DNA of 64,000 bases, from positions 3,739 through 67,738 of the forward strand of contig JAGWNY010000014.1 in NCBI GenBank assembly GCA_028872915.1, in the 5' to 3' direction. This DNA is from Verrucomicrobiota bacterium (GTDB lineage: Bacteria > Verrucomicrobiota > Verrucomicrobiia > Limisphaerales > UBA11358). Below, one piece after another: positions 1-7,536 of this stretch (the stretch's first letter is position 1; each line of letters begins with the position of its first letter). Below the pieces are notes generated by a model that saw only the letters and a list, made by a program, of their open reading frames with translations, was not told where the DNA came from and made no database searches. The translations under genes were made by a program, and so were the position numbers.

Positions 1-585
1 CGCCAGGACAACGTCCCCGATTTCAAGTTGGCCGCTGTCGCCCAGCGTGGCCGCCGGCAGCCCGGTCGCGTTGATCTTCAGCACCGCCACGTCCGTGCGG
101 GGATCGGATCCTATGATCCTCGCCGTGTACTCCTTGCCACTGCTTCCGCTCAGCGCCACCTTTACGACGTTCGCCCCGCTGATGACGTGATTCGCGGTGA
201 GTATATAGCCGTCTGACGAAACAATAATGCCCGAACCGAGGCTCTCCTCCTTGCGCGTTATGTCGTGACTCTCACCCGGAAATGGAAATTGGTTTCCAAA
301 AAACTGGCGGAAAAATGGATCGTTGAAAAACGGGCTTTCCTCCATGTGAAAGTGAACGATGGTTGTGGAATAAATATTGACGATGCTCGGCGCGACCCTT
401 TTAACCACCGGCGCCCAACTCGTCACCGCTTGGGCGTTGCGAACCACCGGCGAAGCGTCCACGGACATCGTTGGCGGCGGCGTTGCATCCTTGCCAAGGA
501 GCTTGTAATGAAAGGGCAGCAAAATCAGCGCGCCCAGCGCCATGCCGGCCCAGATTCCTGTAATGGACTTGGAAAAATTCCTCAT
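1..585 (-). CDS. HtrA/DegP-family trypsin-like serine protease, N-terminal part only (gene continues past the left edge)
   Basis: Not in the ORF track because it has no stop inside the window. Reverse translation from the ATG at 585 gives MRNFSKSITGIWAGMALGALILLPF (signal anchor) ... SPFFNDPFFRQFFG ... GSGIIVSSDGYILTANHVISGANVVKVAL ... YTARIIGSDPRTDVAVLKI. This is a typical HtrA N-terminus with the catalytic His (TANHV) and Asp (DVAVLK) blocks. Confidence 0.8.
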   Translation of the reverse strand, partial: MRNFSKSITGIWAGMALGALILLPFHYKLLGKDATPPPTMSVDASPVVRNAQAVTSWAPVVKRVAPSIVNIYSTTIVHFHMEESPFFNDPFFRQFFGNQFPFPGESHDITRKEESLGSGIIVSSDGYILTANHVISGANVVKVALSGSSGKEYTARIIGSDPRTDVAVLKINATGLPAATLGDSGQLEIGDVVLA

Positions 586-774
586 AAATCAACCCTCAAT
601 TCACTGACATCCTCTTGTCAAAAACGTTCAACCAAATGGATGCAACGTCTCCGAAAACTTTCGGGGCCGTTCCCAGGCCGCAACGTTGCCCCCGGGTGAC
701 GCCGCGCCGCGCGCCCAAAACGGGCGCGCGGCGCCTTCAATTCAACTGACTTTTGGGCGGAGCGGGGATAAGCT

Positions 775-1506
775 GTGGGTGTGTTGAGCAAAAATCCGCG
801 GGACACTCTCCTCGCGCTGCTCTTCTGCGCCGCGCAGTTCCTGTGCATCGCGTCAGGGCAGTTGGCTATGTCATTCCTCCATCAGAAGGGCGTGAACGGT
901 TTCAAACACGAGGACGATTTTGGAAACGTTCTGCTCGCGACGTTGAGTTTCCAGGGCGCGACGTGGATATTGATCCCCATCTACCTCCGATTGCGCCGGG
1001 TGCGGTGGCGTGACGCCTTCGGTCTTTCGGCAAAAAAGGTGTTTTTGTCGCTGGGGCTGGCGCCGGCGGTATTGGTCGTCGTGCTGCCCGCCGCGGGAAC
1101 GTTGCAGTGGGTGACGGCGCGGGTGATGACGGTGCTGCATTGGAAGACGCAGCAGGAAACGGCGGTTGAGTTGTTCTTGACATCAGCCTGGTGGCCCACG
1201 GGGATGTACCTGGCCGTCTTTGCCGTCGTTCTGGCGCCGGTGGCCGAGGAATTTATTTTTCGGGGCGTATTGTTTCCGCTGCTCAAAGCGCACGGCTATT
1301 ACAAGTCCGCCTGGATTGGCGTGAGCCTGTTGTTCGCCTTCATCCACGGGGACGCGGCCATTTTTCCCGCCTTGTTCGTGCTGGCCCTGGCCCTCACATG
1401 GCTGTATCAAACGACAGGCGGTCTGCTCGCGCCCATCATGGCGCACAGTTTGTTCAATGCGGCAAATTTGGCGGTATTTTACCTGGCCAATACCCGCGGC
1501 GGCTGA
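775..1506 (+). CDS. CPBP-family intramembrane metalloprotease (CAAX protease/Abi-like)
   Basis: Polytopic membrane ORF with the CPBP motifs EEFIFRG, FAFIHG and HSLFN. GTG start at 775. Confidence 0.8.
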   Translation: MGVLSKNPRDTLLALLFCAAQFLCIASGQLAMSFLHQKGVNGFKHEDDFGNVLLATLSFQGATWILIPIYLRLRRVRWRDAFGLSAKKVFLSLGLAPAVLVVVLPAAGTLQWVTARVMTVLHWKTQQETAVELFLTSAWWPTGMYLAVFAVVLAPVAEEFIFRGVLFPLLKAHGYYKSAWIGVSLLFAFIHGDAAIFPALFVLALALTWLYQTTGGLLAPIMAHSLFNAANLAVFYLANTRGG

Positions 1507-2453
1507 TGAATGAATTTGAACTCATCGCCCTCCTGACCCGGCAATTGCCGGCGAACGAAATTGTCGTGGCCGGAGCGGGGGACGATTGCGCCGTCCTGGA
1601 TTTCGGCAACCCGGAACGGCTGTTTCTCTTTAAAACCGACGCAACGGTGGAAGGGACCCACTTTACGCAAAAAACGCCGCCTGAAAAAACCGGCCGCAAG
1701 GCGATGGCCCGCTGCCTCAGCGACGTTGCGGCAATGGCCGGATGGCCGTCGGCGGCCGTCGCGACCGTCGGGCTGCCACAAGGCTTCGATCCCGCGATGA
1801 TTGCGCGAATTTACAACGGCATGGCCGCGGTGGCCAGGGAATTTGGGGTGGCGATTGTGGGTGGGGAGACAACCACAAATCCGGGAGGAATCTTTATTTC
1901 GATCGCGTTGCTCGGTACGGTGGCCCGCGGAAGACAGGTTTTGCGTTCGGGCGCAAAAGTCGGCGACGCCATTTTTGTGACCGGCGAACTGGGAGGATCA
2001 CTGGCGGGGAAACATTTGGATTTCGAACCGCGCCTGGCGCAAGCGCGGTGGCTGGCGGAGCATTTCCAGATTCACGCCATGATGGATTTGAGCGATGGCT
2101 TGGCGGGCGATTTGCCCCATATTTTGAAGGCAAGCGGCGTTGGCGCCGAATTATTGAAAAGCGCCATTCCCATTTCACAAGCGGCAAAATCGGCGGCAAA
2201 AAAGAGCATCGAGGGAAAACAGGCCCTCCTGGCGGCGCTGACTGACGGGGAGGACTTTGAGTTGCTCTTCACCGTCGCGGCGCGGGACGCGGTGAAGCTG
2301 GCAGACGCATGGAAAGGGAGGTTCCCGGCGCTGCGATTGAGCTGTATCGGCAGGATCGTTGCCGGAAAGAAGATTTTTATCCGGGACAAGGGGGGGACCC
2401 GCGCCCTGAATCTTTCAGGCTATTCGCATTTCAACGACAAGTGCTTTTCATAA
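1506..2453 (+). CDS. thiL: thiamine-monophosphate kinase
   Basis: MNEFELIALL...AGDDCAVL...TDATVEGTHF, an AIR-synthase-like fold typical of ThiL. The ATG at 1506 overlaps the upstream TGA (ATGA). The longer track ORF from 1191 is an out-of-context extension over the CPBP gene. Confidence 0.85.
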   Translation: MNEFELIALLTRQLPANEIVVAGAGDDCAVLDFGNPERLFLFKTDATVEGTHFTQKTPPEKTGRKAMARCLSDVAAMAGWPSAAVATVGLPQGFDPAMIARIYNGMAAVAREFGVAIVGGETTTNPGGIFISIALLGTVARGRQVLRSGAKVGDAIFVTGELGGSLAGKHLDFEPRLAQARWLAEHFQIHAMMDLSDGLAGDLPHILKASGVGAELLKSAIPISQAAKSAAKKSIEGKQALLAALTDGEDFELLFTVAARDAVKLADAWKGRFPALRLSCIGRIVAGKKIFIRDKGGTRALNLSGYSHFNDKCFS

Positions 2454-2887
2454 TGCCCGCATTGATTTCCCATAGCCCCGCGGAAACCGAAGCGCTCGGC
2501 CATGAATTCGGACGAAAGGCGCAAAAAGGCGGCGTCATTGCGTTGTTTGGCGACTTGGGAGCGGGCAAGACCCAAATTGTCAAAGGCCTGGCGCGCGGGT
2601 TGGGCATTTCAGCGCGAGTGCATTCGCCCACGTTCACTCTGGTGAATGTCTATCGCGGCGGGCGAATGCCCTTGTTTCACCTTGACCTGTATCGCTTGAA
2701 CTCGATGGATGACCTTTTATCCGCTGGCGTGCCCGAATTTTTGGAGCCGGACGGCGTCACGGTGATCGAGTGGGCGGAAAAACTTGAACCGCAGCGGGGG
2801 CGGAAGGAAAGGCCGATGCTGAAGGTAAAAATCGAAATATTAGGGGAAACGGAGCGGAAGATTGTTTATGACCATCCTGGCGCTTGA
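2453..2887 (+). CDS. tsaE: tRNA t6A37 biosynthesis ATPase TsaE
   Basis: P-loop GDLGAGKTQIVKGLARGLG followed by SPTFTLVNVY and HLDLYRL, the TsaE/YjeE signature. TAATG overlap with the thiL stop. Confidence 0.85.
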   Translation: MPALISHSPAETEALGHEFGRKAQKGGVIALFGDLGAGKTQIVKGLARGLGISARVHSPTFTLVNVYRGGRMPLFHLDLYRLNSMDDLLSAGVPEFLEPDGVTVIEWAEKLEPQRGRKERPMLKVKIEILGETERKIVYDHPGA

Positions 2888-3509
2888 ATTTTCCTCCTCG
2901 CAAAGGAGCGTGGCCGTTGCGCACGGCGCCTCCATTTCGGAAGTCATTGAGACCGGAATAGGGAAGATGGACGTGTTTGGAATGATTGAACAGGCGCTGA
3001 GGGCGACCGGGGTCGAGCGTGAACAAATTGAAACGATTGCGGTCGGTCTGGGGCCGGGTTCTTACACGGGTATTCGCACGGCAATCGCCATGGCCGAAGG
3101 CTGGAATCTGGGGCGGCATGTCCAATTAAAAGGGGTTGGCAGCGCGGAGGCCATAGCCTGGCAGGCCCGGGTGGAAAACGTCTTGGGCACGGTGGGAGTG
3201 GTCGTGGACGCGCAGCGCGGTGAGATTTACCTGGGTCGTTATCATATTTCGGCGACGGAATTAAAGGAAGCGGCGCCACTGACAATTTTGCCGCCAGGCG
3301 AGGTTGAGCCGCAGTCCGTCGGGCAATTTGTGGGGCCGGAATCGCCAAGATGGTTTCCGTCCGGCAAAGTGACGTTTCCGCGGGCGGCAGGGGTGGCGCG
3401 GCTGGCTGCGGAGGGACGGTGCGTTGGGACAAAGGATGCCAGGCTGGAACCAATCTATTTGCGCGAGCCGGTTTTTGTAAAAGCTCCATCTGTGCGGCGC
3501 ATTGTTTGA
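2862..3509 (+). CDS. tsaB: tRNA t6A37 biosynthesis protein TsaB
   Basis: ILALEFSSSQRSVAV ... GPGSYTGIRTAIAMAEG, the YeaZ/TsaB signature. Overlaps the tsaE 3' end. Confidence 0.8.
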   Translation: MFMTILALEFSSSQRSVAVAHGASISEVIETGIGKMDVFGMIEQALRATGVEREQIETIAVGLGPGSYTGIRTAIAMAEGWNLGRHVQLKGVGSAEAIAWQARVENVLGTVGVVVDAQRGEIYLGRYHISATELKEAAPLTILPPGEVEPQSVGQFVGPESPRWFPSGKVTFPRAAGVARLAAEGRCVGTKDARLEPIYLREPVFVKAPSVRRIV

Positions 3510-3629
3510 CGTGTCTATTTTCGGTACAAGGGAGGCCGCCCGGACGCCTTTGGTTCGTCATCTGGCTTGATTTGGAACGATGGCACATGGTCTGCTCATT
3601 TTCTTTTCCAGATTATCAGCAATTACATT

Positions 3630-4136
3630 ATGCAGGCCGTCCGGCAAAAACATTGCACCTCAAAGCGCGGCCCGAGCGCCGGATTTACTCTTGTGGAAGT
3701 ATTGATGGCAGTCGCGATCCTCGGTGTAACCGCCCTGGCGCTTTTTGAGGGTTTTTCCACCGGTTGGGCCACCGTGGCAACGGTCCGCGAAGACCTGCGG
3801 GCCACGCAAATACTCACCCAAAAAACCGAGGCGGTGCGATTGCTCACCTGGGCTGAGTTGACCAATTGCCCGACGACGTTTGAAGAATATTATTATCCGC
3901 TGGGCGGCACGAACAGCGGCGTAATGTACTATGGCACCATGTCGGCAACGGGAACGGCTACGAACCTTACCGATGCAATTCCCAAGCCGTTGTATGCAAA
4001 CGATGTCCTTCTGGTCACGGTTGACATCTATTGGACCAACAATATCGGGAACCAGGTGTTGGTGCATCATCGCGAGGCGCAGACTCTTTCGGCTTACGAT
4101 GGGATGCAGTCTTACTTCTACGGTTATAACCGATGA
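3630..4136 (+). CDS. prepilin-type N-terminal cleavage/methylation domain protein (minor pseudopilin-like)
   Basis: N-terminus MQAVRQKHCTSKRGPSAGFTLVEVLMAVAILGV has the G|FTLVE prepilin motif plus a hydrophobic helix. The start is chosen at the internal ATG at 3630 rather than the track start at 3567. Confidence 0.65.
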   Translation: MQAVRQKHCTSKRGPSAGFTLVEVLMAVAILGVTALALFEGFSTGWATVATVREDLRATQILTQKTEAVRLLTWAELTNCPTTFEEYYYPLGGTNSGVMYYGTMSATGTATNLTDAIPKPLYANDVLLVTVDIYWTNNIGNQVLVHHREAQTLSAYDGMQSYFYGYNR

Positions 4137-4711
4137 ATCTTGTTTTTCATTCGGGAATGCGGCGAAAACACCGGGGTTTCACGTTGGTCGAAATGACCGT
4201 CGCCCTGGCGGCAAGCGCCATGCTCTTCCTCGCCATCATTGCGATGACGTTTTTCACCTCACGAAGCCTGGTCATGATGTCCAACTATATGGATTTGGAC
4301 CAGAAAAGCCGGTATGCCGTGGACCTGATCGGCCGTGACATACGGAATTCGAGCGCGCTGTTGTCCTATTCCAACGGCAGCACAATCAAATCCTTAACGC
4401 TCACGAATGCCACGGATCAGACCATTACCACAATCACCTTCAACGCAGCCGATGGTACCGTTATAACGACCCAAACCGGCCAGCCCGCGCTGACGAATTT
4501 GACGGAATGTGATCAGTGGAATTTTTCGCTTTATACGCGCGCGCCACAGTCTTTTACGAATGATGTTTCCTTCAGTTCCACGACCACGCCCAGCCAGTGC
4601 AAGATGATCAATCTGGATTGGAAATGCTCGCGGCAAATTGTCGGCATGAAACTGAACACGGAAAGCGTGCAAACGGCTCAAATCATTCTCCGAAACCAGG
4701 TTACCCAATGA
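4133..4711 (+). CDS. prepilin-type N-terminal cleavage/methylation domain protein (GspJ/PulJ-like minor pseudopilin)
   Basis: MRRKHRGFTLVEMTVALAASAMLFLAI prepilin motif. ATGA overlap with the preceding pseudopilin gene. Confidence 0.65.
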   Translation: MNLVFHSGMRRKHRGFTLVEMTVALAASAMLFLAIIAMTFFTSRSLVMMSNYMDLDQKSRYAVDLIGRDIRNSSALLSYSNGSTIKSLTLTNATDQTITTITFNAADGTVITTQTGQPALTNLTECDQWNFSLYTRAPQSFTNDVSFSSTTTPSQCKMINLDWKCSRQIVGMKLNTESVQTAQIILRNQVTQ

Positions 4712-4724
4712 AAACGGAGGCTTT

Positions 4725-6014
4725 ATGAAAATACTTCCACAAAAAACACCTTCAGCCAGCATTCTCCTCGTCGTGATGATCTTCACGCTCTGCTTTGCCG
4801 CCTGGCTGGCCAGCCATTTGATCATGGTCAGCGACGAACACCTGCTGGTGGGCCGATCGCAGAATTGGAACGACTCGCTCGCGCTCGCCGAATCCGGGAT
4901 TGAGGAAGGAATGCAGGAGTTGAATTCCGGATTTACGCCGGTGGCCAATGGATGGACTCCCACGCTGATTACAAACGTTGACGGCGACCTCCTGGGCGCG
5001 AGCTTTGTCTGCGCGACGCGAATATTGAACGGAGGCAGTTATTCAGTGAGGATTACGACAAATTCGGTGGCGAACCCGCCCTATAAGGCGACGATTGTCT
5101 CGGTGGGCACGACGGTTGCGCCGGTGACCGGACAGACCATCAACCGAAAGGTGGAGGTCTCGGCAACCACGGTTCCGCGATTTCCGGTGGCACTGGGTGC
5201 CACCGGCAATATCAACATGAACGGCAACACCATTGCCGCAAGCAGTTGGGACTCGACTGATCCTTCTGAAAGCACCAACGGCCTTTTCAATGGATATACG
5301 GGAACCAATGGCAGCATCGCCAGCGTGGGCGGCATTGTGAACATCGGCAACGATACCATTGACGGCAATTTGTATTTGGGCCCCAACGCCACCTATAGCG
5401 GCAGTGGCACCGTCACGGGCACCACGTACAACGACTACAACGTGCAGTATCCGCCTATCACCCTGCCCACCACCCAATCCGACGGCACCCCCATTACGTG
5501 GTCATCGGTGGATCCGACCAAAAATGGCGGAACGAATTGGATCACGACGTCCGGCTATTATGTCATCAATAATTCCAATCCCATTTACGTCGCGCCGGGG
5601 GTCACGGCCACGTTTGACGTTAAGGAAAGCATTTTCAATCCCGCCAGCGTTACCATTGGCGGCGGCACGACCGATCCCGGAACGATCATCATGTACCAGG
5701 AATCAGGCTCCATGACGCTGGGCGGCAACTCCACGGGAGGCGCCATTGGCGCCCGTCCGGTGAACTTTCAATATTATGGCATGTCCGGCGTCACGAGCAT
5801 TACGCTGGCGGGCACTTCGACATTCGTCGGGACCGTTTATGCCCCAAGCGCCACTTTGACATTGAATGGCGGCGGCAATTCCAACGACTTTGAAGGTGCG
5901 GCGATTGTCCAGTCGGCGGTCATAGACGGACATTACCGTTTCCACTATGACAAATCATTGATTGACTCGTCGGCGATTGCCGGTTATACGGCGTATTCGT
6001 GGCAGGAATTATAA
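4725..6014 (+). CDS. pilus/pseudopilus-associated protein with N-terminal hydrophobic anchor (PilX/GspK-like, function unassigned)
   Basis: N-terminal anchor ASILLVVMIFTLCFAAWLASHL followed by SLALAESGIEEGMQELN, as in the PilX N-terminal domain. It has a long Gly/Thr/Asn-rich beta-type C-terminal region and is third in a tight pseudopilin gene row. Confidence 0.45.
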   Translation: MKILPQKTPSASILLVVMIFTLCFAAWLASHLIMVSDEHLLVGRSQNWNDSLALAESGIEEGMQELNSGFTPVANGWTPTLITNVDGDLLGASFVCATRILNGGSYSVRITTNSVANPPYKATIVSVGTTVAPVTGQTINRKVEVSATTVPRFPVALGATGNINMNGNTIAASSWDSTDPSESTNGLFNGYTGTNGSIASVGGIVNIGNDTIDGNLYLGPNATYSGSGTVTGTTYNDYNVQYPPITLPTTQSDGTPITWSSVDPTKNGGTNWITTSGYYVINNSNPIYVAPGVTATFDVKESIFNPASVTIGGGTTDPGTIIMYQESGSMTLGGNSTGGAIGARPVNFQYYGMSGVTSITLAGTSTFVGTVYAPSATLTLNGGGNSNDFEGAAIVQSAVIDGHYRFHYDKSLIDSSAIAGYTAYSWQEL

Positions 6015-6066
6015 ATTGCTGGTTGGCTGGTTGACCGGGCCGGGCTGGAACGATTATCGTCGGCAG

Positions 6067-6753
6067 GTGACCAGATTGCTGATTGCGACGCGCAATGTTC
6101 ACAAGATTCGCGAAATCCAGGATTTCTTGGGACCTTCATACGAATGCCGCGGGCTGGAAAATCTTCCTGGTGGACCTGAAATTATCGAGGACGCGGAATC
6201 TTTCGCTGGCAACGCGACAAAAAAAGCCGTCACAATAGCGCGATGGCTTGTTTCGTCCGGCGCTCCTTCATTTCTTCCTGAATTTATTATCGCCGACGAT
6301 TCGGGCATTGAGGTGGACACCCTTGACGGCGCGCCCGGCGTGCGGTCGGCGCGGTTCGCGGCGGATGAAGCGGGACGCTCCGTCCCGTCCGATGCCGAAA
6401 ATAATGCAAAGTTGTTGCGGCTGCTGAAAGTCGTTCCGGTTGGGAAGCGGACGGCGCGGTTCCGATGTGTCCTGGCATTGGCGCCGCTGCCGCCCACGGA
6501 GGTCGGGAATGCGTCGCCAGTTTGTTATTCGGACGAATTGGAGGTGTCCGTCCGGCTTTTTGAAGGCGTCTGCGGGGGGAAAATTGCGGCCGAGCCGTCC
6601 GGAAAAAGCGGTTTCGGGTACGATCCATTGTTTATGCCGGACGGATTTGACCAAACCTTCGCCGATCTGGGCGAGGCGATCAAAAACCGAATCAGCCACC
6701 GCGCCAAAGCGCTGGAAGAGATGCGGGCTTATTTGAGCAGGCTTTCGACGTGA
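6067..6753 (+). CDS. rdgB: non-canonical purine NTP pyrophosphatase (RdgB/HAM1 family)
   Basis: LLIATRNVHKIREI ... IADDSGIEVDTLDGAPGVRSARF ... FGYDPLFMPDGFDQTFADL...KNRISHRAKAL. Start inferred at the GTG at 6067, because the upstream part of the track ORF overlaps the previous gene. Confidence 0.8.
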   Translation: MTRLLIATRNVHKIREIQDFLGPSYECRGLENLPGGPEIIEDAESFAGNATKKAVTIARWLVSSGAPSFLPEFIIADDSGIEVDTLDGAPGVRSARFAADEAGRSVPSDAENNAKLLRLLKVVPVGKRTARFRCVLALAPLPPTEVGNASPVCYSDELEVSVRLFEGVCGGKIAAEPSGKSGFGYDPLFMPDGFDQTFADLGEAIKNRISHRAKALEEMRAYLSRLST

Positions 6754-7526
6754 AGCTTGCGCCGGAGCAGGCCGTTATCCGCGCACATGCGGAACCGGCC
6801 GTCCGGCAAGGGTTTCAAAATCATTTCTCCACCGGAGCATTCGACCATCAATGCCCCGGCGGCGATGTCCCATAAATTGATGGTGCGTTCGATGTAAACG
6901 TCCAGGCGTCCGCTGGCGACGTAGGCCAACTCGAGCGCGGCTGAACCCATGATGCGGATTTTTTTTGCCCGGCGAGCCAGGCGGTTCAGATGGGGCAGGC
7001 TTTTCCTGAGATTTTCCGCGCTCTTGGAAAATCCCATGGCCACAAGCGAATCGTTGACGCGCGACCGGCGGCTGGCATAAACGGCCCGCCCGTTCAAAGT
7101 TGTCCTTCCATTCCGGGTTGCCGTCCACAGTTCGTCCGTAAATGGGTCGTAAATGACTCCCAAAACGGTATCGAACCTGGACGGATGTCTCGCCGCGCGC
7201 TCTTGCAGGGCAATCGAAACGGCGGCATGAGGCATCCCAAAAAAGTAGTTTACAGTGCCATCAATCGGGTCCACCACCCAACGGCGGGAGCTATCGGGAT
7301 CCCCGGAACAGCCTTCCTCGCCAATCATGGACGTTTCTGGAAAGGCGGCGAACAGAACTTTTTCGATGGTTTTCTGGCAGCGAACGTCCAGTTCCAGCTT
7401 GATGTCGTGGGCATCGAAAAGTTTGACGCGTTTGGCCTTGTGCCAGTTGTCCCGGATGATGGTCCCCGCCGCGCGCGCCGCTTTGATGGCAACGGTCAGT
7501 TCGCGGTGGAATGAGGAGCGTTTCAT
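6729..7526 (-). CDS. inositol monophosphatase family protein (SuhB-like)
   Basis: Motifs EEG...SS, WVVDPIDGTVNYFFGMPH and a later GSAALELAYVASGRLD block typical of the IMPase family. Confidence 0.8.
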   Translation of the reverse strand: MKRSSFHRELTVAIKAARAAGTIIRDNWHKAKRVKLFDAHDIKLELDVRCQKTIEKVLFAAFPETSMIGEEGCSGDPDSSRRWVVDPIDGTVNYFFGMPHAAVSIALQERAARHPSRFDTVLGVIYDPFTDELWTATRNGRTTLNGRAVYASRRSRVNDSLVAMGFSKSAENLRKSLPHLNRLARRAKKIRIMGSAALELAYVASGRLDVYIERTINLWDIAAGALMVECSGGEMILKPLPDGRFRMCADNGLLRRKLHVESLLK

Positions 7527-7536
7527 GGGCTGCCAT

